Source: a virus (Duplodnaviria > Caudoviricetes). Taken from it: a stretch of DNA of 48,194 bases. The notes below the pieces were generated by a model that was not told the origin of the DNA, made no database searches, and worked only from the letters and a program-made list of their open reading frames with translations. Shown here piece after piece: positions 23,031-33,233 of the stretch. A program made the translations under genes and the position numbers. Location of the stretch: the IMG/VR virus record IMGVR_UViG_3300020045_007472, positions 1 through 48,194 of that record, one strand, 5' to 3'. Position 1 is the stretch's first letter; every line of letters begins with the position of its first letter.

Positions 23031-23404
23031 TTGAGTCTCCCGAGGATCATCTTCAGAATTACAAAGGGCCAAGGCAGCGGGAACCTTAGCTTGTCGCGAA
23101 GCTCACCCCAGGCCGGGTTCTGGTTATCAATCCACCCCAGCTTCCGATGGTAAAGCACCACATGCGAGGCAAACCTTGTCCCCTTGACATACCAGATCAC
23201 AGCACGGAAAGTTATCAACGCCCACCAGAACCTCACCATCGACCGACCCTCGCTAACCCAAAGCGCCGTCACCGCAAAGTCATCGCAGTCACCTTGCAAC
23301 GGTCCTTCCGGTTCATCGAGAATGCGAAAGCTATCAAACTTCCCGTCGCTGGTCCACTTGAACCGAGAGGCAAAGTCGTCTATGTCGTCGCGATAGTAGC
23401 GCAT
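23027..23404 (-). CDS. Transglutaminase-like cysteine peptidase (BTLCP/C93-like)
   Basis: GDCDDFA, SHVVL and WIDNQ give a Cys-His-Asp triad pattern. Confidence 0.7.
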   Translation of the reverse strand: MRYYRDDIDDFASRFKWTSDGKFDSFRILDEPEGPLQGDCDDFAVTALWVSEGRSMVRFWWALITFRAVIWYVKGTRFASHVVLYHRKLGWIDNQNPAWGELRDKLRFPLPWPFVILKMILGRLK

Positions 23405-23409
23405 TGCGA

Positions 23410-24795
23410 TCACCACTTCAGGTAGAAGTTGCCGGCGTCGAAGGTCCCACCCAGGACTTGGAGCTGGGTGAGTTCCGCGCCTAGGTTCAAACTACCGTAG
23501 GCATCCAACATAGCATTATCATCAGTGCGATAACCGATGTAGCTATACGCCCACACATGTGAACCTGTAATCACTCGCTTCAGGGTAACAGTCGAGTTAA
23601 ATACTCCGCCCGCCCCTAAGATGTTTCCGATAGGAAAACTAGTAGAAAAACCTACTACACTAGGCAGCGCTCCGTTAGCGGTAGAGCGAATTATACCCGT
23701 GTACCCAGAAGCTACAAGTCCCCCACCTGTTCCCAAGCGGAGACCCACAGTAGCCCCTCCGGTCAGACTAACATTACGGCAGAGCAACGTTAGTTCCTCA
23801 AGCCCAGCCGGAATACCTGAAAAAGTTTGACTTGTGCCAGAGCCTGGCTTCGTGTCTCGTTGCGTTTCTTGCCGAGATACCCAACCACTATCTGTACCAT
23901 CCCCGCCCAGCACCTGCAACGCTGTGCCCTTCGCCAACCGGGTCAGCGCCGTAGCGTCCCGAACAATCAGGTCACCGCGGACGTAAGTTGGTGCAGCAAG
24001 CTCGGTTAGCTTCGAGCTCGCCGCTTGTCCTCCTATCGTCGAGAGAGCCAGCGGCTTATCCGTCAGCCCCGACAAGTTGTCGCTATTGTTCATGTCGCCG
24101 GTGCCAGCCCCAGCAGCTCCGTCCTGCAGCCAGACTTCCCACTTAAGTGCCGCGAGATCAGTCGCGAAGACTCCCGAAGTATGATCGAGCAGGCAGATAT
24201 ACTGCGCAGTTCCAGAACGCACTATGTCCGATGGGGCGTAGACAGTGGCGGTTAGCCAGGCTCCTCTAGCCCGCAGCATCGAGTTTTCTTTAGCCAGGGC
24301 TTCCGCCGCCGATGCTGCCGCCGCTGCCGCTGCATCATTAGCCTCTTCCGCAGCAAGCCTAGCATCTTCCTCCGCCGCCAGCAGCGACGCGATTAGCGTA
24401 TCCGGGTCCTCCCCTGGTGCCATCTTAACCGTCCGGTCGAGCTCGGCATCAAGTTCCTGCGCCAAAAACGTAAGCTTATCCCAGACTCGCTCAGCGACTT
24501 CGGGGTCATATCGCTGTTGCGACGCTACGCTAACTAGCTGAGTAAGCGGGGTTTCCCTATAAATGTACAGTGTTGTGCCATCTACCGGAGCAACCAGAAA
24601 CGTCACCGTTCCGCCCACCCCATCCGGCTCAATCGCCACCACATAATCATTCGGATCAACAGGAACCGTCACAATGTCCGTGACCGTCTCCACTTTAATC
24701 TCCGTCGCCACTCTCGCTTGAAACGAGAACGAAAACTCCGTTGTCACTCCGTTGCCCAGGCGGATAACCCCAGCGTCTACTGTCTCAACAGTCAT
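23410..24795 (-). CDS. Tail fibre protein
   Basis: T7-gp17-like N-terminal anchor (GNGVTTEFSFSF...RETPLTQ...WDKLT), Ala-rich stalk, small Trp/Tyr module, beta-rich tip. Confidence 0.85.
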   Translation of the reverse strand: MTVETVDAGVIRLGNGVTTEFSFSFQARVATEIKVETVTDIVTVPVDPNDYVVAIEPDGVGGTVTFLVAPVDGTTLYIYRETPLTQLVSVASQQRYDPEVAERVWDKLTFLAQELDAELDRTVKMAPGEDPDTLIASLLAAEEDARLAAEEANDAAAAAAASAAEALAKENSMLRARGAWLTATVYAPSDIVRSGTAQYICLLDHTSGVFATDLAALKWEVWLQDGAAGAGTGDMNNSDNLSGLTDKPLALSTIGGQAASSKLTELAAPTYVRGDLIVRDATALTRLAKGTALQVLGGDGTDSGWVSRQETQRDTKPGSGTSQTFSGIPAGLEELTLLCRNVSLTGGATVGLRLGTGGGLVASGYTGIIRSTANGALPSVVGFSTSFPIGNILGAGGVFNSTVTLKRVITGSHVWAYSYIGYRTDDNAMLDAYGSLNLGAELTQLQVLGGTFDAGNFYLKW

Positions 24796-27700
24796 CAGTT
24801 ATCTCCGTGCATTGCGTCGCCAACGCGATCAAACAGCTGGCGAAAGATGAAGTGGTTTTGATATGGCACAACCATCTGTCGGATCATCCGCATGTTTCTC
24901 GATTGGTCTTCCGCGTCAAGCTGCGTCAGCACAGTCGCCATCCTTTCCGCTTGCGAATAGGTCGGGCCGAGGAGCGTACCAAGCAAGCCCCCAGGCCGAC
25001 GGAAAATCTGCGGGGTTTCATCCCCTGTACCAACTGGAAGTTCCGAGCCGACATCCGCGGCAATCCCGACTGCCCCAAGTATCCCACTCCGCTTAACAGC
25101 CTCCCAAATCCACTTGTCCGCTTCCATCTGGTTCGCGGTTTCGAGGGTCTTACCTCCCGCTGTCATGGCGTAAGTATAGTAGGAAAGGGCACCTAAAGCA
25201 AGGGAAAAGGTTACGCCTTGCATGACGTATGGGTCATTCCCCTGCAGCGCTGACATTGCCATCCGGGAGTTGGAGGCGAAGGTGAAGGATTTAAACTGGG
25301 CCAGCATAGAGAAGCCCATGTTCGCGTCGGTCCAGTTAGGCCGCTCGAGCCCCGGTGTCACGATGAGTTTGTTGACCTCACCAAGCACCGCGGCCTGATA
25401 CGCTTGGTACGCCGTGACGTCAGTCCACTTATCCACGTTCGGCAGGACCCCGCCGTTGGAAAACTTTTCAACCCCCTCCGGGGCTTCCATCTGCATCGCG
25501 ATCCTGTTGATGTTGATGTCGCCCAGACCTAGGTTGCGCAGGTAGGTTCGCATCTCGAGCAGGTCACCGGTGAACTCAGCGTTCTCGCGCCAAGCTTTCG
25601 CGACCGCAGGAATGTAAGCGGATAGCGTAGCGTGAGTCACGTTGCCCGCGATTGTTTTCATCCCAGCTGTCCAGAAATCGTACAGCGCGACCAGACCCAT
25701 CTTGCCCGCCAGCACCCCGGCCCCTCGCTCGAGCCGGGTCCGACCGATTGAGTCCTCCGCAAGGTCGAACACAGCCTGCGCCCGGCTATGCAACACAGGT
25801 TCCAGGTTAAGCCCAATCTGCCGATTGATCTCCTTCGACTTGAGGCGAAACTCCTTCGCGCGAGGATCAAGCTTGTTTATGAACGGGGCCCAGCCGTGCC
25901 GATACACGCGGCTAATCCCGTGCTGCCAGACCGGCCTTGCCACGTCCGAGATAGACGAGGTAACCACGCCACCCATCATAGTCAGCACGTTGACGTTCTT
26001 GATAAAGCGCCCTGCCCGCCACCACGGATCGCTTCCGTCCCTCGGAACCCCGCGTGTCATCCGAAGTCGCTGGATAGCTACGTCCAGATCGTTCGTGTAG
26101 AACTTCACCGCGTCGCTGACATAGTTGCCAAGCTGCGTCCGAAGCTCTGGCGTGATCTCGACAAAGCCTTCCCCCGGCACGTCGGAGAAACTCTTCTCAT
26201 CCAGGTAGATTTCGTCAAGCGCTCCAGCGTCCGCCAGCTTGGCAGTTACGCGTTCCGAGAAGCGCTTCGACTTATCCACCCAGCCTTTCGGCAGCTTCAC
26301 ATACTTCGCCGTGCCGATCCTCACCATGTGATCTGTGGCTTCCTGGGCCATGTCGCCTAGCAAGCTCTTCGCGTTGACACTTCCGTCGAACGCTCGCCAG
26401 ATTTCGAGGTCAGGTGCCATCACCCGGTCATACGCCCTCGCCACAAGTTCCACATCGTTAACCAGCCACTTCTTCTTCATGCTGAACGGGATGTTCATCG
26501 TCCGCATGAGTTCCGCCCCGCGCTCCCCCTGCCGCATCAGCGCGTGGTACGCGGGGGACAGTTCAACCTCGGTGTTCGTCAGCTTCTGGTGAAGCTGCGT
26601 CGCCATCTGGATGCTACGCTCGCGGAAGTCGGGAGTCTTGGTGTTGATCGGATCGCCTGAGGCTTCGCCCTTGCCGCTCCAGTCCAGCGTGAACTTCGCC
26701 TCCAGGTCCTCAAGTTCCCGTCCGATCTGATCCCGCATCCGCAGCTGATCTTCCGGCGTCAGCACTTTCGCCGTCACCGCATCCAGCTTTTCTTCGGCCG
26801 CTTCCGCCCGAACCGACCGACTCCGCACGAGGGTTGTCGCGTCTGCGATCACATCCTCCCGGATCAGTTGCAACTCGCTAAGGCGTTGGTCAAGCGCGAC
26901 CTGCTGCCCCTCGACCGCCGACAACCGAGCCAGCAGTTGCTCATGCCGAAGCTTCGTCCGCTCGATCATCTCCTGCGTCTTGCCAAAGGAGACTGGGTTC
27001 TTCCTCTTGCTACCCGCCAGCTTGGCAAGGTTGGCTTCGCGCTTTTGCAGCTCCTTCACCACCTTCGTCATCTGCTTAGTGACGGCGTTGAGGGCCTTGT
27101 TACCCTGCGCTTGCGCTTTCCCAATCGTCAGGTCAACCGCCGCGATCTTTGGCAACTCCATCCTGAACATCCCCGCGATGAGTTCATTCTGCTTATCCAG
27201 CTCCTGCCGAAGCTTCGCGGTCCGGTCACCAGCGTCCCCGCCGTATTTCTTGTACACTCGACCTAGGCCAAGCAACCGCTTCCGTTCCTCGAGCAAGCTT
27301 CGCGTGTCTTCATCCAGCGAGTCGGCTAGTTGCTTCTGCGCTTCCTTCAGCTGCTCCTTGGTCCAGCCGTCGTCTTTCGCCTGCCTGTTAAGGTCGAGGC
27401 GCTGGGCGTTGAAGCTTTGCAACTCAGGCAGCTCATCCAAGAACTCGATCGACGCCTCGGTATTCGCGAGTTCGTCCGCCATCTGCGCCGGGGTTAGCTG
27501 GCTAACTTGCTGTTCAAACTCCAGCCTGCTTCGCTTCTTATTGTACGCCTCGCGTGACTTGGCAAACGCTTCTTGCAGCGCCTTCTCATTCGCCTTGCCG
27601 AAGTCATCCAGAAAGTCCGTGAAGTTTTCCATCAGCTTCTGCTGGTCGAAGATATGATGCGCGTACTCCTTTGCGCCCTCACCGAATTGCCCCTCGAGTA

Positions 27701-29483
27701 GCTCCTGATACAGTGGTTCGACCTCCAGTCCTTGCGCCTCCATCTCCTTGAGATAGCGTTTGTGCGTGTCGTTGTAGAAGCTGAAGAACTTCTTGAACTC
27801 CACAACCGCTGGCGCAAGCTCTGGCGCCACCTCCCCAGTCTGCGCTTGCTCAAACACAGCGGCCTTGTAGCTTTGCCAATCAAGTTTGCCCTGGGGTTGC
27901 CAGCCTAGCTGCGACCGCATCTGCGTGAACGCGGGCATGTTCATGTCAGCGCCCTTCGCGCCATCGTAGACGTAGCTGTAGTAGTGCTCGTCGAGCTTCT
28001 TGGTGAAGGCTACCACGTAGGCGTCATAGCCCCTGATGCGTTCGATCACCGTGCCACCGAGGGCCGAAGGCTGCTGCGTCGCAAGCCCCGCTTGCTGAAT
28101 ACCAGAGTTGTCCAGCTTCGCTATGCCATCCCGAAGCGAGGGGAAGAACCGCTGCGTCAGCATTCGGTAGCTCGGGGACATCTTACCAAGCGTACTCAGC
28201 ATCGCCTGCTGGACCTTGTTCGGCGCAGCCTTGGCTCCCAAGGTATTACGTTGCTTGGTTACCTGGGCACCGGCGGGCGAGGCGTCTATGGCGCGACCAC
28301 CCGTGGCAGCCTCCGGTATGGTTGATTGCTTTGTGTAAGCGCCCATACCAGTGTCTTCTGCTTCTTCCAGCATCTTGTAAAGCTGATCGTCAAGCTTGCC
28401 TTCGGCCAGAGCTGCTTTCAGCTCCGCTTCCTTATAGATCATTGTGTTGCCAGCTTTTTGAAAAGTGTCAACCGCGTTCATCGGGATACGGATCTCGCTT
28501 CCGTCTGCAGCATGGAGCGTGATCGCGTACTCCCCGCCAACGAACCACTTGCCACCGCTACCTACTGGCACCTTGACAAATCGCGCAGTCACCCCATCGG
28601 CAACTTCTGCTTCCAGATAGCTCCCGCCGTACGCCATCTGCGTTTCAATGTCCTTCGCCTTGACCCGCTTGGGCTGGCCTATCACGAGCGCCCGGTCCCG
28701 CAGTGGAACGTAGTCAACGGGCTCCGCTTCATCCAGCATCGCCTTGACTTCATCCGGGTCACGAACGCCTGTAGCTTTCGCTTCCGCTTTCACTTCCGCC
28801 TGCGTGATACCATCGACCCTCACATTCGCCTCATGCAGGATAGGCAAATCCGGCGCCCCTTGCGGCACGTCCAGCTTCTTCTCGTTCAGCTTAATCGCCG
28901 CTTGCAGCTCCCTTCTTGCCGGTCTTGTCAGCGCAAAATACGCCCCACCCAGTGCCCCCATTAGCGCCGTGTCCAGCGCAATCCCCGTATAAAGCTCCGC
29001 TTCTGTCCGCGTCTCCTGGTTCAGGAACAACGCCGCGTTTTGCGCGGTCGCCCCCGCCGCAGCCAACCCCAACACTTGCGCCATCCCCTTCGCGCCTCTC
29101 GCCTGCCCGGCAAACGGAATGAACACGGTCGGCGAAAGCACCCCAGCGCCAATCGCTGCCATTGTGCCAGACCATCCACTCGCCGCGAGCACCGCCCGGT
29201 CCTGATACTCCTTCTGCACCTTGCCAAGCAGGAAATTGAACTCAGGCTTGGATTGCGCCGAAGCCAGCTCCATCATAAACGAAAGCGGCAGTCCGCTCGC
29301 ATCGAACTCCTTCTTGAAGTTAAAGCTTGCCTCCGGCTTGAACGTCGGCTTGTTCATGAACTCATAGAGGTTCGTAACGTCGTTCTCTAGGTTAAATGCC
29401 GAGCGGACGGTCTGACCGAGACTCGGCTTCAGCTCAACCGCATCGGCGCCCGGAAGAACTAGCGGTTCAAAAAGGTCATTCAT
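24795..29483 (-). CDS. Large internal virion (ejection) protein, 1562 aa
   Basis: Size, position and helical composition; C-terminal ...AQFKSFTFA... region typical of podovirus core proteins. Confidence 0.8.
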   Translation of the reverse strand: MNDLFEPLVLPGADAVELKPSLGQTVRSAFNLENDVTNLYEFMNKPTFKPEASFNFKKEFDASGLPLSFMMELASAQSKPEFNFLLGKVQKEYQDRAVLAASGWSGTMAAIGAGVLSPTVFIPFAGQARGAKGMAQVLGLAAAGATAQNAALFLNQETRTEAELYTGIALDTALMGALGGAYFALTRPARRELQAAIKLNEKKLDVPQGAPDLPILHEANVRVDGITQAEVKAEAKATGVRDPDEVKAMLDEAEPVDYVPLRDRALVIGQPKRVKAKDIETQMAYGGSYLEAEVADGVTARFVKVPVGSGGKWFVGGEYAITLHAADGSEIRIPMNAVDTFQKAGNTMIYKEAELKAALAEGKLDDQLYKMLEEAEDTGMGAYTKQSTIPEAATGGRAIDASPAGAQVTKQRNTLGAKAAPNKVQQAMLSTLGKMSPSYRMLTQRFFPSLRDGIAKLDNSGIQQAGLATQQPSALGGTVIERIRGYDAYVVAFTKKLDEHYYSYVYDGAKGADMNMPAFTQMRSQLGWQPQGKLDWQSYKAAVFEQAQTGEVAPELAPAVVEFKKFFSFYNDTHKRYLKEMEAQGLEVEPLYQELLEGQFGEGAKEYAHHIFDQQKLMENFTDFLDDFGKANEKALQEAFAKSREAYNKKRSRLEFEQQVSQLTPAQMADELANTEASIEFLDELPELQSFNAQRLDLNRQAKDDGWTKEQLKEAQKQLADSLDEDTRSLLEERKRLLGLGRVYKKYGGDAGDRTAKLRQELDKQNELIAGMFRMELPKIAAVDLTIGKAQAQGNKALNAVTKQMTKVVKELQKREANLAKLAGSKRKNPVSFGKTQEMIERTKLRHEQLLARLSAVEGQQVALDQRLSELQLIREDVIADATTLVRSRSVRAEAAEEKLDAVTAKVLTPEDQLRMRDQIGRELEDLEAKFTLDWSGKGEASGDPINTKTPDFRERSIQMATQLHQKLTNTEVELSPAYHALMRQGERGAELMRTMNIPFSMKKKWLVNDVELVARAYDRVMAPDLEIWRAFDGSVNAKSLLGDMAQEATDHMVRIGTAKYVKLPKGWVDKSKRFSERVTAKLADAGALDEIYLDEKSFSDVPGEGFVEITPELRTQLGNYVSDAVKFYTNDLDVAIQRLRMTRGVPRDGSDPWWRAGRFIKNVNVLTMMGGVVTSSISDVARPVWQHGISRVYRHGWAPFINKLDPRAKEFRLKSKEINRQIGLNLEPVLHSRAQAVFDLAEDSIGRTRLERGAGVLAGKMGLVALYDFWTAGMKTIAGNVTHATLSAYIPAVAKAWRENAEFTGDLLEMRTYLRNLGLGDININRIAMQMEAPEGVEKFSNGGVLPNVDKWTDVTAYQAYQAAVLGEVNKLIVTPGLERPNWTDANMGFSMLAQFKSFTFASNSRMAMSALQGNDPYVMQGVTFSLALGALSYYTYAMTAGGKTLETANQMEADKWIWEAVKRSGILGAVGIAADVGSELPVGTGDETPQIFRRPGGLLGTLLGPTYSQAERMATVLTQLDAEDQSRNMRMIRQMVVPYQNHFIFRQLFDRVGDAMHGDN

Positions 29484-32380
29484 TCCTGGGCCCCCATGAT
29501 GTTCTCAACGATCAGCGCTGCTGCGTCTTTGGTAAGCTTGTAGTCCTTCTGGATGATATAGGTAAGCGCCAGCGCGTTCGCTTCCTCTTGTGACATGTTC
29601 TTCCACTTGGCCTTGGTCAGCGTAGCAATCCGCTGCGTCACCGTAGGGTCAGCCGCCAGGCGCTGCTTGATAACTTCCGCCTGCGCCAGCGGGTCAGCTA
29701 TAGCTCCTGCATCCAAGTAACCATTCTCAACCGCCGCCAACGTATCCGCCTCGAGTTTGTTCTGCAGCACCGCCTTCTCTCTTTCCAGCGGCAACACTTC
29801 ACCATCTATTCCCCGGCTTCTCGCGAACTCGATCTTACCCTCAATCTCCGCGATCCTCGACTTAACCGCGCTAAGTCCGTCGGTTGAGTTGTAACGGAGG
29901 GTTTCCTGCTCTTTAAGTTGATCCTGCTCAGCCTGCAAAGCTTCTCCACCAAAGCGACCCTCGAGCGTGATCGCCCCACCAAACTCATCCATACCGATAA
30001 CCTTGTAGGTCGGCATCTTGCCTTCACGAACCTCGCGATCAGTCTGCTCGTCTGCCGCCAGCACCGCTCCATAGGGCAACGCACCGCCAGCAGCAGCAAA
30101 GTCACTCACCCCCTGATACAGAAAGCCCAGATCGCCATCCGCGCCAGTGTAGTGGTTCTCGGGCGGGTGCCGCATCAGAACGGACGCCCGGCCTTCCTGC
30201 CCCCAGGTAAACAATCCCGGCGCAAGTTTAGTCTGGCTGAAGCCCCAGATTTTTTCGACATAGCTTTCCGCGTAAGCCGTTGCCGCCTCTTCTGTTCCAT
30301 AGAGCATGTAACCGTCCTGAAACCCAGTGCTCATGTCCAGCATCAGCTGACTTTCCGTAACCGGGTTCATCTTGGTTCCGGTCGGCATTGCGCCAGTGTC
30401 GTCAAGCACCTCGATAACATCATCAATACTCTTGAAGGTCTTGTCGAATAGCTTCGAGCTTTCCGCGATGAGTTGGTCGGTTGATTTCCCTGTCATATCC
30501 TGGCGGTTCGTTGCCAGGTTATAGTCCTCCATTGCCTTGTCGAGGTTACCCGTGCGTTCGGCGAGCCGCTTGAAGGTATTCACCGCAGCGATGTCGTCCT
30601 GGGTAAAGCCCGAGCGGCGCAGGATGCTCGTGTCGCCTTTGTAAGCTGCGGCGAGGAACGACAGTGCTCCTTGCGCAGTGTCCGGGTTTGCTATAGCGGC
30701 ACGGAACGCATCGACCGAGCCCTCGGGGAAAATCTTGGCGGTATCCACCGCCCCCTTCAATCGCGCGTAAGCAGCCTGATCTCCCTGCACAATCCCATTG
30801 AACCCGTCTTCGCCAAACCAGCGGCCGAAATTCTTCATGTCACCAGCGGCAAGCGGTGTCCCCGCTGCCAGCTTACTTCCGACATCCGAGGTTCCACGTT
30901 CAGCCGCCCGGAAAACTTCCTGTCCCGAGTTAAACCGAGCCTGCGCTTCCGCATCCCAGTAGATCGAGTTCTTTAGCGCGTCCACGATTGCCGGGTCGCC
31001 CTCATAGCCAGCTTGATATGCGCCGTCAAGGAACTGGTCACGCTCAAGCTTGACGGTGGCAGCCATTGAAGCTTTTTGCTGCTCCGCAGCCGCCGCCGCT
31101 GCATTAGCAAAGCTTTGCTTCTGGTCGAGGGGAAGGTCTGCAAACCGAGGATCGGTCCAGACGTTCGGGCCAGTAGCCGCTCCAGTCCCGCCACCCGCAA
31201 ACCCCTTTTGCCCGGTCATGATTTCGATGAACTCGGCATCGCCCATGTGGCCGAGACCAGCCCACTCGAGGTCGTTCGGATTGGCCGAGCGCGGCTTACC
31301 AAGCACGTCCCGGATGGTCAGGAGTTCTTGCGGATTACCCCCCGCCAGTATCTCCCGGAAGGTCTTCCCCGTATGGTGCCGATTGAACTGAGTTTCTGCC
31401 CAGTGTAGCGCCACCCTATCCTGCCACTCGGGCGAGAAGTCCGGCACCTTCACTCCGTACTTTTGTTCGTAGGAGGCGCTTGCGGCTCGCCAAGTTCCAA
31501 GGATAAACTGATAACGACCCGCAGCAGTGCTTTGGCCTGGCGCCTTGCTCGTCGCCGCAGGATGATCTTCGTACCCTTCAAAGGTGGAACCGCCGTTCCA
31601 TACATTGTAATTAGGAGCCTCGTTTGCTGCGATGACATTGAGAACCGCCCTATCCTGCGGCAGCAGCCCCGCCGCAACTACGTCGTCTCCCGTGCTTCCG
31701 TCACCCACGGCGCCGTAGCCGAGGGCTGTTTGTTCAACAATCGTACCAAACTCAAGACCTTGCAGAGTGACTTTGCCGCTCTCGATGAACTCCTGCTTTG
31801 TTACGTCAGGAAGGCCGGACTTGAGGACGGTTTCCTCCCACTGTGCCTGGGCGTCCTCAAGCGAAACAGACCCTGCCTTCAGGCCCGAACCCAGGGTATT
31901 AAACCCTTTATTCAGATTGGTCGTATCGGCGGTGTCCAACAGCTCAAGCTCACTCGCGAAAGCCGAGCCCACGCGTTGTGCGCGGTCCCTTGCCAGCTTT
32001 CCTTTCATCTCCTCCTTATGGCGATCCGGCACCGTGGCTAGGAATTCTTCCTCCTTCGCCGCCAGCATTTCATCGTATTCTTTCGTCATGCCGCCAGGCG
32101 TAGCCGACTTTCCGCGAGAGTACTCCGTGAACTCCTTCGCCCGATCTTGCTGGTACTGCATAAACTGCGTGTCCAGCTCCAGCGACTTACTCGCCATCGC
32201 CCGACGATCATAAACCGCCTCGATGTCAGTGCGGGAGTTGAGAAACCCCATCCCCGCTTGCGCTATCCGATTAACCGCGTCACCCAGACCGGAGGTAGCG
32301 TCCGCGACTATGCTGCTCGAGCGATCGGAAACTAGCTGCGCGCCTAGCCCCCCGCTTGCTTTGACTGTTCCAAGCGCCAT
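29480..32380 (-). CDS. Internal virion protein with a lambda-R-like lytic transglycosylase domain, 966 aa
   Basis: IAANE...YNV...DHP...STAAGRYQF...W...DFSPEWQD motif. Confidence 0.85.
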   Translation of the reverse strand: MALGTVKASGGLGAQLVSDRSSSIVADATSGLGDAVNRIAQAGMGFLNSRTDIEAVYDRRAMASKSLELDTQFMQYQQDRAKEFTEYSRGKSATPGGMTKEYDEMLAAKEEEFLATVPDRHKEEMKGKLARDRAQRVGSAFASELELLDTADTTNLNKGFNTLGSGLKAGSVSLEDAQAQWEETVLKSGLPDVTKQEFIESGKVTLQGLEFGTIVEQTALGYGAVGDGSTGDDVVAAGLLPQDRAVLNVIAANEAPNYNVWNGGSTFEGYEDHPAATSKAPGQSTAAGRYQFILGTWRAASASYEQKYGVKVPDFSPEWQDRVALHWAETQFNRHHTGKTFREILAGGNPQELLTIRDVLGKPRSANPNDLEWAGLGHMGDAEFIEIMTGQKGFAGGGTGAATGPNVWTDPRFADLPLDQKQSFANAAAAAAEQQKASMAATVKLERDQFLDGAYQAGYEGDPAIVDALKNSIYWDAEAQARFNSGQEVFRAAERGTSDVGSKLAAGTPLAAGDMKNFGRWFGEDGFNGIVQGDQAAYARLKGAVDTAKIFPEGSVDAFRAAIANPDTAQGALSFLAAAYKGDTSILRRSGFTQDDIAAVNTFKRLAERTGNLDKAMEDYNLATNRQDMTGKSTDQLIAESSKLFDKTFKSIDDVIEVLDDTGAMPTGTKMNPVTESQLMLDMSTGFQDGYMLYGTEEAATAYAESYVEKIWGFSQTKLAPGLFTWGQEGRASVLMRHPPENHYTGADGDLGFLYQGVSDFAAAGGALPYGAVLAADEQTDREVREGKMPTYKVIGMDEFGGAITLEGRFGGEALQAEQDQLKEQETLRYNSTDGLSAVKSRIAEIEGKIEFARSRGIDGEVLPLEREKAVLQNKLEADTLAAVENGYLDAGAIADPLAQAEVIKQRLAADPTVTQRIATLTKAKWKNMSQEEANALALTYIIQKDYKLTKDAAALIVENIMGAQE

Positions 32381-32382
32381 GC

Positions 32383-32904
32383 TTACCTCCCCATATAGCT
32401 AGGGGTGCTCAGCGCCAGCCGCCCCTTGTTAAATTCATTCACCATGCTTGCGCCGGATAGAAAGGAGGTGGGGATGCTAAGGGCGGTCTTAAGCAGCCCT
32501 AGCTTCCCGGCTTTCTTCATTGACTTAGCCTCGCTCCGCATGGTGCTTTCCTGGCGCTTGGTGTTCTCGAGTTGAACGTCGCGCTTCTGCGACAGTCTCT
32601 CGCGATCGCGGTTGGCGAGGAACTCAGCCCCCGCCCGCCGGAACATCATCGAGCCAGTCGTTGAAGTAAGCCCACTCGCATTCATGTTCGACAGCAGCTC
32701 CGCTATCTCCGCCCGGGCCCCCATATCCTGGTCCTGGATATCTTGGTTCGCCGCGAAGGTCTCGCGCGAGGCCTGCTCTTTCAGCAGGTTAGCATTCTGT
32801 GTCGCGATCTCCGACTGGTACATCGCGTTGTTGTATTCGCTGATGCCGCTGACAGCAGCGCCAGCCGCCATCACATACGGCAAAACGGGGGCGAGGAAGG
32901 CCAT
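32383..32904 (-). CDS. Small internal virion protein (gp14-like position)
   Basis: Hydrophobic Ala/Gly N-terminus and Gln-rich helices; position before the large ejection proteins. Confidence 0.7.
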   Translation of the reverse strand: MAFLAPVLPYVMAAGAAVSGISEYNNAMYQSEIATQNANLLKEQASRETFAANQDIQDQDMGARAEIAELLSNMNASGLTSTTGSMMFRRAGAEFLANRDRERLSQKRDVQLENTKRQESTMRSEAKSMKKAGKLGLLKTALSIPTSFLSGASMVNEFNKGRLALSTPSYMGR

Positions 32905-33233
32905 CAGATACTCCGTTGATACAGGCGCCGACCGGGTAGGTCTTGCAGCCAGCTAAATCCGAGATAGACGAGAAGGTCCTGGTTGCGAGGCATGTGGGCC
33001 TCCGCTTCCGCGTAGACTGTCGGGGCGACCAGTAGCTGCTGCAGCTCATCAAGCAGCGCCGGAGCCTTACGGACATTGCGGAAGCCGCCCTTGACCACCT
33101 GCGCCCACAGGTACGGGGGCGCCAGCATACTTTCCCGCATCACCCCAATGTACATTATGCCTGGGTAGAGCCAGGAGGTCAGCGTCTTCGCGGCCAACTC
33201 CGGGGGCAGGTCAAGGCTTATCTGCTGCCACAT
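32904..33233 (-). CDS. Hypothetical virion-assembly protein, possibly GNAT-like (T7 gp13 position)
   Basis: ...RNQDLLVYLGF motif; lies between the nozzle and ejection genes. Confidence 0.55.
   Translation of the reverse strand: MWQQISLDLPPELAAKTLTSWLYPGIMYIGVMRESMLAPPYLWAQVVKGGFRNVRKAPALLDELQQLLVAPTVYAEAEAHMPRNQDLLVYLGFSWLQDLPGRRLYQRSI

Noticed and set aside
29480-32380. Lysozyme domain in a virion protein as a novelty
   Set aside because: Peptidoglycan hydrolase domains are expected in podovirus ejection proteins.
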